Below, piece by piece: positions 30,992 to 49,843 of a stretch of DNA of 64,000 nt (position 1 is its first letter; each line of letters opens with the position of its first letter). The position numbers and the translations under genes are program-made. The stretch is from the human T2T-CHM13v2.0 reference genome, Homo sapiens. Location of the stretch: assembly GCF_009914755.1 (NCBI RefSeq), contig NC_060928.1. One strand, written 5' to 3'. The notes beneath the pieces were generated by a model. It worked only from the letters and a program-made list of their open reading frames with translations, had not been told where the DNA came from and searched no databases.

Positions 30992-33092
30992 TTGGGTTTT
31001 GTTGTTGGGCGGAGGTTCTGGATGTGTCTATCAGGTATCATTGGGTTTGCTGTTGGGTGGGGGTTCTGGATGTGTCTATTAGGTTTCAGTGGGTTTTACT
31101 GTTGGGTGGGGGTTCTGGATGTGTCTATTAGGTTTCATTGGGTTTTGCTGTTGGGTGGGGGTTCTGGATGTGTCTATTAGGTGTCAGTGGGTTTTGCTGT
31201 TGGGTGGGGGCTCTGAGTATGTCTGTTAGGTTTCAGTGGGTTTTGCTGTTGGGTGGGGTTCTGGATGTGTCTATTAGGTTTCAGTGGGTTTTGCTGTTGG
31301 GCAGGGGTTCTGCATGTGTCTATTAGGTTTCATTGGGTTTTGTTGGGTGGGGATTCTGGATGTGTCTATTAGGTTTCAGTGGGTTTTGCTGTTGGGCAGG
31401 GGTTCTGTATGTGTCTATTAGGTTTCATTGGGTTTTGTTGGGCAGGGGTTCTGGATGTGTCTATCAGGTTTCATTGGGTTTTGCTCTTGGTTGGGGGTTC
31501 TGCTTGTGTCTATTATGTTTCATTGGGTTTTGCTGTTGGGTGGGGGTTCTGGATGTGTCTATTAGATTTCAGTGGGTTTTGCTGTTGGGTGGGGATTCTG
31601 GATGTATCTATTAGGTTTCAGTGGGTTTTTCTGTTGGGTGGGGGTTCTGCATGTGTCTATTAGGTTTCAGTGGGTTTTGATGTTGGGCGGGGGTTCTGCA
31701 TGTGTCTATTAGGTTTCAGTGGGTTTTGCTGTTGTTTGGGGATTCTGGATGTGTCTATTAGGTTTCAGTGGGTTTTGCTGTTGGGCGGGGGTTCTGCATG
31801 TGCCTATTATGTTTCAGTGGGTTTTGATGGGCGGGGGTTCTGGATGTGTCTATTAGGTTTCAGTGGGTTTTGATGTTGGGTGGGGATTCTGGATGTATCT
31901 ATTAGGTTTCAGTGGGTTTTGATGTTGGGTGGGGGTTCTGGATGTGTCTATCAGGTTTCAGTGGGTTTTGTTGTTGGATGGGGGTTCTGCATATGTCTAT
32001 CAGGTTTCATTGGGTTTTGCTGTTGGGTGGGAGTTCTGGATGTGTCTATCAGGTTTCATTGGGTTTTGTTGTTGGGTGGGGATTCTGGATGTATCTATTA
32101 GGTTTCATTGGGGTTTGCTGTTGGGTGGGGGTTCTGGATGTGTCTATTAGGTTTCATTGGGTTTTACTGTTGGGCGGGGGTTCTGGATGTGTCTATTAGG
32201 TTTCACTGGGTTTTGTTGTTGGGCTGGGGTTCTGGATGTGTCTATTAGGTTTCATTGGGTTTTGCTGTAGGGTGTGGGTTCTGGATGTGTCTATTTGGTT
32301 TCATTGGGTTTTGCTATTGGGTGGGGGTTCTGGATGTGTCTATTTGGCTTCAGTGGGTTTTGCTGTTGGGTGGGGGTTCTGCATGTGTCTATTAGGTTTC
32401 ACTGGTTTTTGCTGTTGGGCGGGGGTTCTGGATGTGTCTATTAGGTTTCAGTGGGTTTTGCTGTTGGGTGGGGGTTCTGGATGTGTCTATTAGGTTTCAG
32501 TGGGTTTTGCTGTTGGGTGGGGGTTCTGGATGTGTCTATTAGGGTTCAGTGGGTTTTGCTGTTGGGTGGGGATTCTGGATGTGTCTATTAGGTTTCATTG
32601 GGTTTTGCTGTTGGGTGGGGGTTCTGCATGTGTCTATTAGGTTTCACTGGTTTTTGCTGTTGGGTGGGGGTTCTGGATATGTCTATTAGGTTTCATTGGG
32701 TTTTGCTGTTGGGTAGGGGTTCTGGATGTGTCTATTAGGTTTCAGTGGGTTTTGCTGTTGGGTGGGGGTTCTGGATGTGTCTATTAGGGTTCAGTGGGTT
32801 TTGCTGTTGGGTGGGGGTTCTGGATGTGTCTGTTAGGTTTCACTGGGTTTTGTTGTTGCGTGGGGGTTCTGCATGTGTCTATTAGGTTTCACTGGGTTTT
32901 GTTGTTCGGTGGGGGTTCTGTATGTGTCTATTAGCTTTCAGTGGGTTTTGCTGTTGTGCGGTGGTTCTGGATGTGTCTATTAGGTTTCACTGGGTTTTGC
33001 TGTTGGGCGAGGGTTCTGCATGTGTCTATCAGGTTTCATTGGGGTTTGCTATTGGGCACGGGTTCTGGATGTGTCTATTAGGTTTCACTGGT
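30992..33092. repeat. 49-bp VNTR, ~43 copies
   Basis: Unit ctggatgtgtctattaggtttcagtgggttttgctgttgggtgggggtt. Confidence 0.97.
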
Positions 33093-34090
33093 TTATGTTT
33101 TTAAGTCCTCCATTTCCTTAATTATCTTCTGTTCCATCTGTTATTGAGAGTCGGGTTTTGAAATCTCCTGCTATTATTGTAAAACTGTCTATTTATCCCT
33201 TTGATTCTGTTGCATTTTCCTTCATATTTTGAGCGTCTGTTGTTCGGCGGGCAAATGCTTGTATTTACTGTATTTTTGCTGTACTGAACGTTGTGTTAAT
33301 CTATAATGTCCTTCTTTGTCTCTTGGAGGGCACATGTCTCTCGATTTAAAATCTATTTGGTATCATGTTGGGATAGCCATACCTGCTCTCTTTCTGAGAC
33401 TGTTTGCACGGAACATCTTTTTCCCTTCCTTTCTCTTTCAACCTGTGTCTATGGAACTAACACGAGTCTCAGATAGGAGTGCATGGTTGAATCCTGCTTT
33501 TAAATTCATTCTGCCAATCTCTGTCTTTGATTTAAAGGGAGAACGGATAAGGAGGATTTTCTTTGACTGCTGCTGCTTGTTTTCTACATGCCTGGGAGCC
33601 GTTCTGTTCCCCATTTCCTCCGTTACTGCAGTGTTCAGCGAATTTTTTTGCAGTGACATTTTTGATTCGCTTCTCATTTCCTATTGTGTATATTCTATAG
33701 CTATTTTCTTTGTGGTTACCGTTGAGAATTGCATTACATACAATATCCTGAAGTTCTAACACTGCCGTCTGAATTTGTGCCTGATTAACTCCAAGAGCAT
33801 ATCAAATCTCTCCTGTCCTGCTCCGGAACCTCTTCTGTTGATGATGTCATAAATTAGATCTTTATACATTTTTTGCCCAATAACAAAGATTAATAGTGAT
33901 TTTTATGCATTTTTTAAATCGTGTAGACAATAAAAAAAGAAGTTACAAACCAAAAATACAACAGTACTAGCTTTTATAACTACCCTTTAGCAGAAACCTT
34001 TATTTCTTCATGCGGCTTCAAGTTACTGTCTAGTGTCCTTTCATTTCAACCTGAAGGACTCCCTATGTCATTGTTGAAAAAGAAGAATAA

Positions 34091-36290
<2,200 letters not shown>

Positions 36291-36519
36291 AGAAAAAACT
36301 ATCTTTTAAAATTCCTCAATTTTATTTAACAACAAATAACAACATCTCTAGGCCAGTGTCCAGTCTTCCCCTGAGGTGCAATGCCCAGAGAGGAGCCCTG
36401 CCTGTGGGGTGGCCCCTCACCTGGGGTGGGCAGTACCCGGGAGGCCCAGATGCAACATGAAGCTGCCCCAGGTGGGCAGATGGAGACCCCGTGCCAGCGG
36501 CAGTCACCTCCCATTTCCA

Positions 36520-37400
36520 CCCCCATCCAGCAACTGTCAGTCTGATCCTGTCCCTACGGATTTGCATTTTCTGGACATTTCCTAGTACTGGAGTCACACG
36601 CTATACACTCTTCTGTGACCGGCTTAGCTCCCTTAGCTGGTGTTTTTGAGGTTCACCTGCATTGTGGCACGTGCTTGTGTTTCACTCCTTTTCATGGCTG
36701 CATGATATTCCGTCATGTGATGGGCGATGTGTTGTTCATTTATTCACCAGTAGATGGGCACCCGTTTCCACATTTTGGCTGAATAGTGCTGCTATTACAT
36801 GTGTAAACTTTTGTTGGAATGCCAATTTTCAGCTCTTTGGGGTATCTACGTAGGAGTGAAATTGCTGACTATGCTAACTCTGTTTAACTTTTGGGAACCT
36901 GCCAAAGTACCTTCCACAGCAAGTGCATTCATTTTGCACCTACCAGCAAAGTAGGAGGTTCCCACTTCCCACAGTCTCCTTGACGCTGGCCACTTGGATT
37001 TGGCTTCCTGGCAGCTATGAAGCCATGTCTCAGTGTCACGATTCACCTTACCTGGTGACTCATGGTGGTGAGCCTCTTTCAGTGACGAATTGGTCATCTG
37101 TAAGTCTTCTCAGCAGAAATGTGTACTCAGTGCTTTGTCCATTTCTTAAGGGGTTGTCTTTTTGTTGTTGAGTTGTAAACACTATATATTCTGTCTCCAA
37201 GTGTCTTATCTAATATGATTTGCAAATATTTTCTCCCATTCTGTAGGTTGTCTTTTTGCTTTCTTTGTAATGTCCTTTGATGCACAAACATTTCTAGTTT
37301 TGATGAAGTACGATCTTTCTGTTTTTCATTGTGTTGCTTGTACCTTTGGTGTCATAGCTGAGGATCCTTTGCCAATTGCGCCCTGGACTTCCCAAGTCAT
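36520..37400 (-). mobile_element. Old L1 3' fragment
   Basis: tttgcaaatattttctcccattctgtaggttgtc etc. Confidence 0.7.
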
Positions 37401-37412
37401 GCTCTGCCCTGG

Positions 37413-37958
37413 CCTCTGCGTCCTCGCTCCTCCCTGGTCCTCTGCGTCCTCGCTCCTCCCTGGTCCTCTGCGTCCTCGCTCCTCCCTGGTCCTCTGCGTC
37501 CTCGCTCCTCCCTGGTCCTCTGCGTCCTCGCTCCTCCCTGGTCCTCTGCGTCCTCGCTCCTCCCTGGTCCTCTGCGTCCTCGCTCCTCCCTGGTCCTCTG
37601 CGTCCTCGCTCCTCCCTGGTCCTCTGCGTCCTCGCTCCTCCCTGGTCCTCTGCGTCCTCGCTCCTCCCTGGTCCTCTGCGTCCTCGCTCCTCCCTGGTCC
37701 TCTGCGTCCTCGCTCCTCCCTGGTCCTCTGCGTCCTCGCTCCTCCCTGGTCCTCTGCGTCCTCGCTCCTCCCTGGTCCTCTGCGTCCTCGCTCCTCCCTG
37801 GTCCTCTGCGTCCTCGCTCCTCCCTGGTCCTCTGCGTCCTCGCTCCTCCCTGGTCCTCTGCGTCCTCGCTCCTCCCTGGTCCTCTGCGTCCTCGCTCCTC
37901 CCTGGTCCTCTGCGTCCTCGCTCCTCCCTGGTCCTCTGCGTCCTCGCTCCTCCCTGGT
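37413..37958. repeat. Perfect 26-bp VNTR, 21 copies
   Basis: cctctgcgtcctcgctcctccctggt x21 (546 bp); no variant unit seen. Confidence 0.97.
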
Positions 37959-38459
37959 CAAGGGCTGCATCCTTGCGTTCTGTGAGCTCTGCCCGTTGGG
38001 AGCATCCATGCTGATGTGCAGGGGCCGTGCAGCACTGCATTCTTCTTGCCTTCTCTGTTCTGTTTAGTACAACCACCCCAGCAGGTCTCCAGTTCCTGCC
38101 AGGTTAGTGTGGATGGCCCAGCACCATCTCCTCTCCATCTTGTTGGCTATCCTCTCTTGTTCCTCACAACCCCGCCAGGGTCGCGGCTCAGGAGCTCTGC
38201 CGTGTGAAGTGTGCTCAGCAGTTCTCCTCACATGTCTACGCAAAATCTCTGGCTCCCTGTGTGTCTGAGCCCAACAGACACACTGAGCACAGGAGTTGGC
38301 TCTCAGCTCCTCCCAGCTTGCCGTGACTGAGCCCTGCCGTCCTGTGGCACCGCCACGGAGACCACAGTGTCCAACTGTCCAACCTTTACGTAATTGGCAT
38401 CCCAGGAGGAGAAGCAAGAGTGAATGGGGCAGGAAAAGATCATTAAAGAAATCGTGGCT

Positions 38460-38815
38460 GACATAAAAAAGGATGAGTTCATGTCCTTTGTAGGGACGCG
38501 TGGATGAAGCTGGAAACCATCATTCTGAGCAAACTATCGCAAGGACAGAAAACCAAACACCATGTGTTCTCACTCATAGGTGGGAATTGAACAATGAGAT
38601 CACTTGGACACAGGGTGGGGAACATCACACACCGGGGCCTGTCGTGGGGTGAGGGGGATGGGGCAGGGATAGCATTAGGAGATATACCTAATGTAAATGA
38701 CGAGTTAATGGGTGCAGCACACCAACATGGCACATGTATACATATGTAACAAACCTGCATGTTGTGCACATGTACCCCAGAACTTAAAGTATAATAAATT
38801 AAAATTAAAAAAAAG
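38460..38815 (+). mobile_element. 5'-truncated L1PA 3' end with poly(A) tail
   Basis: gagttcatgtcctttgtagggac..agaacttaaagtataat; aaagaaatcgt duplicated at 38445-38455 and 38812-38822. Confidence 0.92.
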
Positions 38816-38869
38816 AAATCGTAACTGGAACTTTTCCCAATTTAATTCAAGAAACAAATCTGCAGATAC

Positions 38870-39411
38870 GGCCGGGCAAGGCGGCTCACACCTCTAATCC
38901 CAGCACTTTGGGAGGCCAAAGCGGGTGGATCACTTGAGGTCAGGAGTTTGACACCAGCCTGATCAACATGGTGAAACCTTGTCTCTACTAAAAATACAAA
39001 AATTAGCCAGGTGTGGTGGTGCACATGGGTAGTGCCCTACGAACACAGAATTCTGAGGGGTCCACGAGGTGTGGAAGGGCAGCAAGGTTTCCAGTAAATA
39101 CAAGTAAGGGTGTCACATCCAGGACGGAGTGAGCAGGGGCCCCAAAGCCCAGAGAGGCCATGCCTTCTGTTTGAACCAGAACATGCCATAAACACAGAAG
39201 AAACGGGAGTGCTAAGAAACACATACCCCATCATGTACTTCTTACGCATGGGACTTCCTCACATCAGAACTGCGTGTGCTTGCAATCCCAGCTACTCAGG
39301 AGGCTGAGACAGGAGAACTGCTTGAACCCAGGAGACAGAGTTTGCAGTGAGCAGAGATTGCACCACTGCACTCCAGCCTTGGCAAAAGTGCGAGACTCTG
39401 TCTCAAAAAAA
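38870..39411 (+). mobile_element. AluS split by a ~257-bp non-Alu insert (39024-39280)
   Basis: Alu halves join in register; TSD-like caaatctgcagatac (38855-38869) and caaatcttgcatatac (39415-39430). Confidence 0.9.
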
Positions 39412-40081
39412 CCCCAAATCTTGCATATACAAGATGGTCAACGGTGAGAGACATCCCATCTGCACCTGTTCCCGGCACCCCAGCTGCATAGAGCATGGGT
39501 AGTTCCCCACGAACACAGAATTCTGAGGGGTCCATGAGGTGTGGAAGGACAGCAAGGTTTCCAGTGGGTGCAAGTGAGGGTGTCACATCCAGGACGGAGT
39601 GAGCAGTGGCCCCAAAGTCCAGAGAGGCCATGCCTTCTGTTTGAACCAGAACATGCTATAAACACAAAAGCAACAGGGGAGTGCCAAGAAACACATACCC
39701 CATCATGTACTTCTTACGCATGGGACTTCCTCACGTTAGAACTGCGTGTGCTGAACATGGTGGACAGGAGGAAAGATGAGGCAACCCACAGTTCCTTTTC
39801 CCTCCAGACACCCCTTACTTGTCAGTAAGTTAAAAGTAGAGGGCATTGGTAAAATATGTGCACATCAGAAATGAAATCACAGCTGCATTAGCTTCATGCA
39901 GCACTCCATGAAGAAGAACAAAACAGGTCTGTGCAATCGAGCTGGGAAGCACAGGCCTCGTGAGTTTGGTGACGCAGAGTTCGAACTAAAGCACTTACGT
40001 TTGCATTTAAAACTGGCGTCAGACAAATGATGGTGAACACTATGATTTGCTTATGTTTGCACTTAAAACTGGCGTTGGACA

Positions 40082-42445
<2,364 letters not shown>

Positions 42446-42728
42446 TGCTTGGCCCAACCGAAGCTACCTCAAGCACTCACCTTGGCTGGGCCCCACCTGG
42501 GAGCAGGGAGGCCACCGTCCAGCACTGGCAGGTGTCCGGCCTCCTCCTCCAGGGAGCCGGGAGGCCTTTACTGGAGACACTTACAAACAGATGTTGTGAA
42601 GATAACAATTGTGTGGCTTGAGTCGATTCCACCTCTACAGCTAACCATAGGAACTAATTATAGTTTGTATTACTAAACACTTTTAAGGGAAAATCAGATG
42701 CTATTTTCTTACCAACAAAACAGTCAGT

Positions 42729-43028
<300 letters not shown>

Positions 43029-43559
43029 TCATTCATTCAAGAATTAAGTTTTTCAGCAGGTGTTAACCACCTCCTAAGAGATGTGTGGATCAAAATAACG
43101 ACAGGGGCAACTCCAGCGCAGAAAACGGATCTGGCTGGGTGAGAGGAAGGGCTGTGTCGTGCAGCTTGGGGCAGAGTCACCCCCTCGAACTTGAGGGGGT
43201 TACCTTTAAGTAGCAGAGCCCTGACGTCCGTCCATCAGTGGAGATAAGAAGGGCCCCAGGATGTGGACCCCCTGCAGCATGTGATGTGAGCTGGCTATGA
43301 CAGTGCGTCCCTGAGCCACAGGTCAGGTCCTCCCACACGGCCATGCAGGAGGCACCCAGCACACCATCCGTCTCTGGGCTGCTTTTCTCTGCGTGCTCCT
43401 GGCCCACCCACACAAGGGAACCACGTGTGCCCCACAGCTCATCCCTGGCATAGCTGATTAGTCCAGATGGACAGCCAACCCACACTGGGCAAGACTTTGG
43501 AGCCTAAGATTTTGGAAGTTTGAACCAAGAAACGCAGAACATGGCAGCTGTTGAATGCT

Positions 43560-44235
43560 ATACTACGACAAAAAGTATATTTGGTCTTGGTCCCTGGTTC
43601 CGGTCACCAAGTGTCTAAAACCCTTGCGATTTCCTGAGTGTGGGAGCGTCTTCTTTCTTCATAAGGAACTCCTTCCCACCACACCTGAGTTTATGTTAAT
43701 GAAGTGACTCTGGGTGGGGCCTCCAGATATCACTAGAAAGACCCGGAGATTGGTTGGCAGGAATTCTCAGCCCCTCTCCCACTCCACCTCCACCTCTGGG
43801 GATGAGGGGGGCTGGGGATTGAGATATGAAAATGTGTGAATAATGAGATTCAGGAGAGCCTCCTGGCTGGTGGATGCCCTGAAGTGCTGAGCGGCTGCCG
43901 CGCAGAGAAGGCTTGGGAGCTCCTCGCCCCACCATGCCCGATGCACTCCCGTTAGCTATTCCTGAGCTGTGTCCTTCATAATAAGCTGGGAAGCATTAAG
44001 TGTTTCCTGAGCTCTGTGAGTCATTCTAGCAAATTATTGAACCTGAGGAAGGGTTTGTGGGAGCCCCAAATGTGTCATCTGCCTTGTGGGTGGCCTGGGC
44101 ACCCCATGTGCAGCCGTCACCTGGAGTGGGGACAGCCTTGTGGAACGGAGCCCTTGGCCTGTGGGGTCTGTGCTAACTCTGCGAGTGAGTGTGAATGGGG
44201 TTGGATTGTAGGATAGCCAGTTGGTGGCAGAGTCT
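43560..44235 (+). mobile_element. MER21-type LTR
   Basis: tatatttggtcttggtccctggttcc..aaaacccttgcgatttcctgagtg; gagctctgtgagtcattctagcaaattattgaacctgagg. Confidence 0.7.
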
Positions 44236-44373
44236 GACAGCTGGACAATTTCAAGTTATATAAACCAAAAATAAGATTCTAAGCTCCCCCAACTGACTGA
44301 ATGGAACCCCCTACCCCCACCTTCAGCCAAGGGGGTTTCAAAGAAACCTGAAAAATCAGTTCAGGACACGATG

Positions 44374-45760
<1,387 letters not shown>

Positions 45761-46110
45761 GTGAAGGGAGAGTTGGACATGCCTCAGTATCCCCTCCTCC
45801 CTTTCGAGTTCAGGCACAAAACTTACCAGCATTAACATTAAAACAGAGATCTTAAGACTGACAAAACAGACTCTGTAGCAATAAGATGCCAAATTCCAAC
45901 TTGACTCTAGTAGAGCATCACATGACAGATAGCTGGCCTTGAAGGAAATCAAAGTGTTTTACCCCAAAATATATTTCTTTGACATATTTTGAAAGGGCCC
46001 TGCAAAGCTGTCTCTTGTGGGAGAAATTTACATTCTGTAGGGAATCCCTTGCCCTTCCTTTCCGGGTCTTTTCTGATTCTGAAGAAGTTAATGGTTAACT
46101 GAGAGTCTAG

Positions 46111-46418
<308 letters not shown>

Positions 46419-47779
46419 AAGTCTAGCAGCTTTTTAAGATCTAGATAGGAAACATTTGCCATCTATTGCTTCTAATGGTGGCCACCTATGAGGCTTCATC
46501 TATGTAATAAGAATGTTGGTCTCCACAACCCCTTTTAACCCAGATGCTCCTTTCTCTCGATTCCAGATCTTTAGATAAGCACTCTTTCAACCAAATGCCA
46601 ATCAGAAAATCTTTGAATCCACCTGTGAGCTGGAAGCCCCGCTGTGCTTTGTGTTGTCCTGCCTTTTCGGACCAATGTAAATCTCACATGTACTGATTGA
46701 TGCCTACATCTCCTTAAAACGTATAAAATCAAGCTGTAACCCAACCACCTTGGGCATGTGTTCTGAGGACCTCTTGAGGCTGTGTCACTGGTCATGATCC
46801 TTAACCTTGGCAACATAAACTTCTAAACTGATTGAGATCTGTCTCAGACACTTTTTGGTTTACAAAAGGACTAATTCAAATACAGTTTTATCTTCCAACA
46901 TAAGAAAACCTAGAATGAATGACTCAAAGGTTGTAGAGGGTTAAACAACCTCTCCAACGTGCAAACCTCTGCCTTATAATTCCTAAGTATTTCTGACTGT
47001 AGATGGTACTAGGATAGGATCATTTTACCATGGAAATGAAACCCGTGTCCTTTCCTTTGGGTTAATCTTGAATCCCTGGTGAAGTGAAGGCAGTCTCTAA
47101 GAGGAGTGCAGTCCATCCAACTGCTGCAGTGCTCCTGTGTACTACTGGGACCATCCCGGAGAGTGGCAGACACGATGCGAACCGTGAAAGGACGCAAAGA
47201 GTACAGAGTGCATGCTTCCATCTATAGGAAGGTCAGGAACGCTGTTACGGGGAGCAGGGTTAGAATGATGGGGATATAGCCCGGGAAGGGGCAGAGGAGC
47301 TTTCTGTGCCACGGGAAATGTCCTAAATCTCAACCAGGACACGGTTAGATAAAAGTGCAAATATGGGTGAAAATTCATTAAAGCTGTATAGTTAAGATTT
47401 GTGCACCTCACTGTAAAACTTACTTCAAATGTCTAAAAGACTGGAGCCTGCAGCCACACACTTGAGGAATAATACTTTCCTTAGTCCCAACTCCTGTTTA
47501 AGTAAGACAGAGAAAGATTCCACAGTGCGGGTCGGATGTCTTGCGGCTGTAACATGTAGCAGCCTCCAAGCGGAGGTTCTCCCTTCATCGCTGTGTCACC
47601 TTAGATGTTTTTCCTTTGTTTAAACACCAAATATTTTAAAAGTTGTTTAGAAATGTGTTATGTGAAACACAAGGTGGTTTAATTGGGACGTCATTTCCTA
47701 ATTAATAAAATCTAATTTCAGTTTTATTTTGGAAAGGAGGGAGACGGGTGGTGTTTGAAAGGCTGAGAATGTGAAGTGG

Positions 47780-49100
47780 CTGTAACGAAGGCAGCGCACG
47801 ACCTGGATGCCAGCGCTGCCCGCCCTGCCCGCCCTGCAAGGAGAGGGCGGAGAGGCCACACGCTTCTCATGCTTCGGGAGTTTCTGTCCATAAATCAGTT
47901 TTAGGTACTGGGCCTTTCCTCTTCCGTTGGGAAGTCGGAGGTTCCACATCAGGATTCCAGCAGCTGTAAATCGGTCAAAATAAGGCCAAAGAAAAATAGC
48001 TGGCTACAGGCGCATGCGGCCAGGCGTTTTGTTGGCGTTGCCCTTGGTACCGCAGGCACGAGGGACCCACAGGGGACCACCCCGCGGGAGCCCCAAGTAA
48101 CTGGACGGACGCCAAGTCCCCCAGCCCGCTCGGCCCCAGCTCCACCCGCCCGGGCCGCAGCCCGCACCCCATCGGCCCGCCCCGGGCCAGGAGCATCCCC
48201 AGCTCCGGCGTCTGCGGCCTGAACCCGGTAGCGAATTCAAGGTGGAAACCGCCAGCCGGGGCTATCGTTGATTGGCTGAACGAGAGGAAACCCGGCAGTG
48301 ATTGGTTCGCGCCTTCTTCCGCCTCCGGCCGACTGGGCGGATACGATTGGTGCAGGGGCATCGGCCCGCCCCCATCCTGCTCCGGCCGGCGCGTGGCGTC
48401 ATTTCCCGGCGTGCAGCGCGCTCGCGCGTCCCCCGCCCGCTAATGTTTTGGCCGCTTCAAGATGGCGGTGCAGGAGTCGGCGGCTCAGTTGTCCATGACC
48501 CTGAAGGTCCAGGAGTACCCGACCCTCAAGGTGGGCGCCTGCGCCGCGCAGGCTGAGGGCAGCGAAGGCGTCTCCAGCCAGTGCCCTCGGGCCGCGAGGG
48601 GCCGCCCCGGGAGGGCCAGCGGCGAGGGCGGCGGGAGCTGGGCGCGGCCTCGCGGGGCCGTGCGGGCTTCTCAGGGGCGCCCGGTCCGCGCCGGGCAGGT
48701 GTGGCGGGGGCGGCGGCTTTGGCCCTGCCAGGCGCCCGACTGTGGCCCCTCTGCTTGAAGAGCTGCGTGAGCCGAGCCAGCGACGACTCTGGCAGCGCTA
48801 AGGGTGGCGAATTTGGGGCTGGGGTGGAAGCCGGAGTTTGCGGGGCGTGGGGTCTCTGGCGCCCAGGCAGACGGAGTGCGCGGCGTGCCCAGCCAGTGCC
48901 CGGCCGCCCTCCCGGGAGCCCAGGGCTGGGAGGTGCCGGCTGCGCCGGTCGCTAGTTAGGAACTGTAGGGAGAAACCTCACGGCCTGATGGCACCCAGCG
49001 ACCTTTTTGATGGGCGTCACCAAACCTGAAATACAGCTCTTGCCGTCCGGCTGCCGGTTGCGTGACCTTGGGTGGTCACCTAGCCACGTCGCACTTCTTA
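47780..49100. promoter_or_regulatory. MAEA: MAEA CpG-island promoter
   Basis: CpG-dense. NRF1-like GCGCATGCG 48010-48018; three ATTGG (reverse CCAAT) boxes at 48271, 48301, 48346; GC boxes; YY1 motif CAAGATGGCGG over the ATG. Confidence 0.88.
48462..48530 (+). CDS. MAEA: MAEA exon 1 (macrophage erythroblast attacher; CTLH/GID E3 ligase subunit), codons 1-23
   Basis: aagATGG Kozak; [23 protein letters not shown] is the known MAEA N-terminus; phase-0 donor AAG|GTGGGC. Confidence 0.96.
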
Positions 49101-49719
49101 GAATGAAATTTGTGCTCCTAGTAGAAGGAGCCGATACTTGTTCTTTACCTAGTTAGTAGAGGATTTGATATGAAGCACCTGGGAAGGAATTCCTTAAAAG
49201 ATCAAGGTCATAGCTTTCCTAGAGCTGCGGCTGAGCTTCGTGGTTCTGTGTTGCCTTCCTGGAGAGCTGCGTAGTTTCTCTCTCCTCCCAGAGCGCCCTG
49301 GTGTTCACGTCCGTCTGAGGACGGACGGTGTGGCGACAGGTGTGGAGGATGCAGTATGGCCAGGTTGCTGTGCGTTCCCCCAGCCCCAGGGCAGTTCAGC
49401 GAAGGGCTGAAGAGCACAGGCTGTGAGCCATCCTGCTGGGGTGTGAATCAGGCTTCTCTGTATTCGTCCTTACTGGGAGACATCAGGGCCCGGTTGGTGA
49501 CTGTTTATTCTTGTCAGGTTTAAGCAGTGGTAGCGCCTGTGTCACCTCAGGGTGAAATGAGTGACCACGTATTGTTTCAAACAGTGCCTAGCATTCATTA
49601 AAAGGTCCCTGCTACAGTTAGCGCTGCTGAAGTCAGGCTGTACCCTGCTGTAGCTGGTCTTCATAGGAAAGCAGAAGCAAGCTTCTCCTCCTCTTTATTA
49701 ACTAGCGGTTTATTTCATA

Positions 49720-49843
49720 TTTTTAAAAAGAAACGGGGTTTCACTGTTGCCTAGGGTGGTTTTGGATTCCAGGACTTAAGCGATCCTCCTGCCTTTTGAC
49801 CTCCCAAAGCGCTGGGCTGACAGGTGTGAGCCACGCGCCCGCC
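49720..49843 (-). mobile_element. Alu monomer
   Basis: Left-arm Alu homology. Confidence 0.8.

Noticed and set aside
30947-33104. Hydrophobic Cys/Trp/Gly-rich ORFs
   Set aside because: Translations of the 49-bp VNTR, interrupted by periodic stops.
37270-38076. 212-265-aa ORFs on both strands
   Set aside because: Produced by the stop-free 26-bp VNTR; not evidence of a gene.
48531-48758. Extension of the MAEA ORF to 98 aa
   Set aside because: Read-through into intron 1 beyond the AAG|GT donor.
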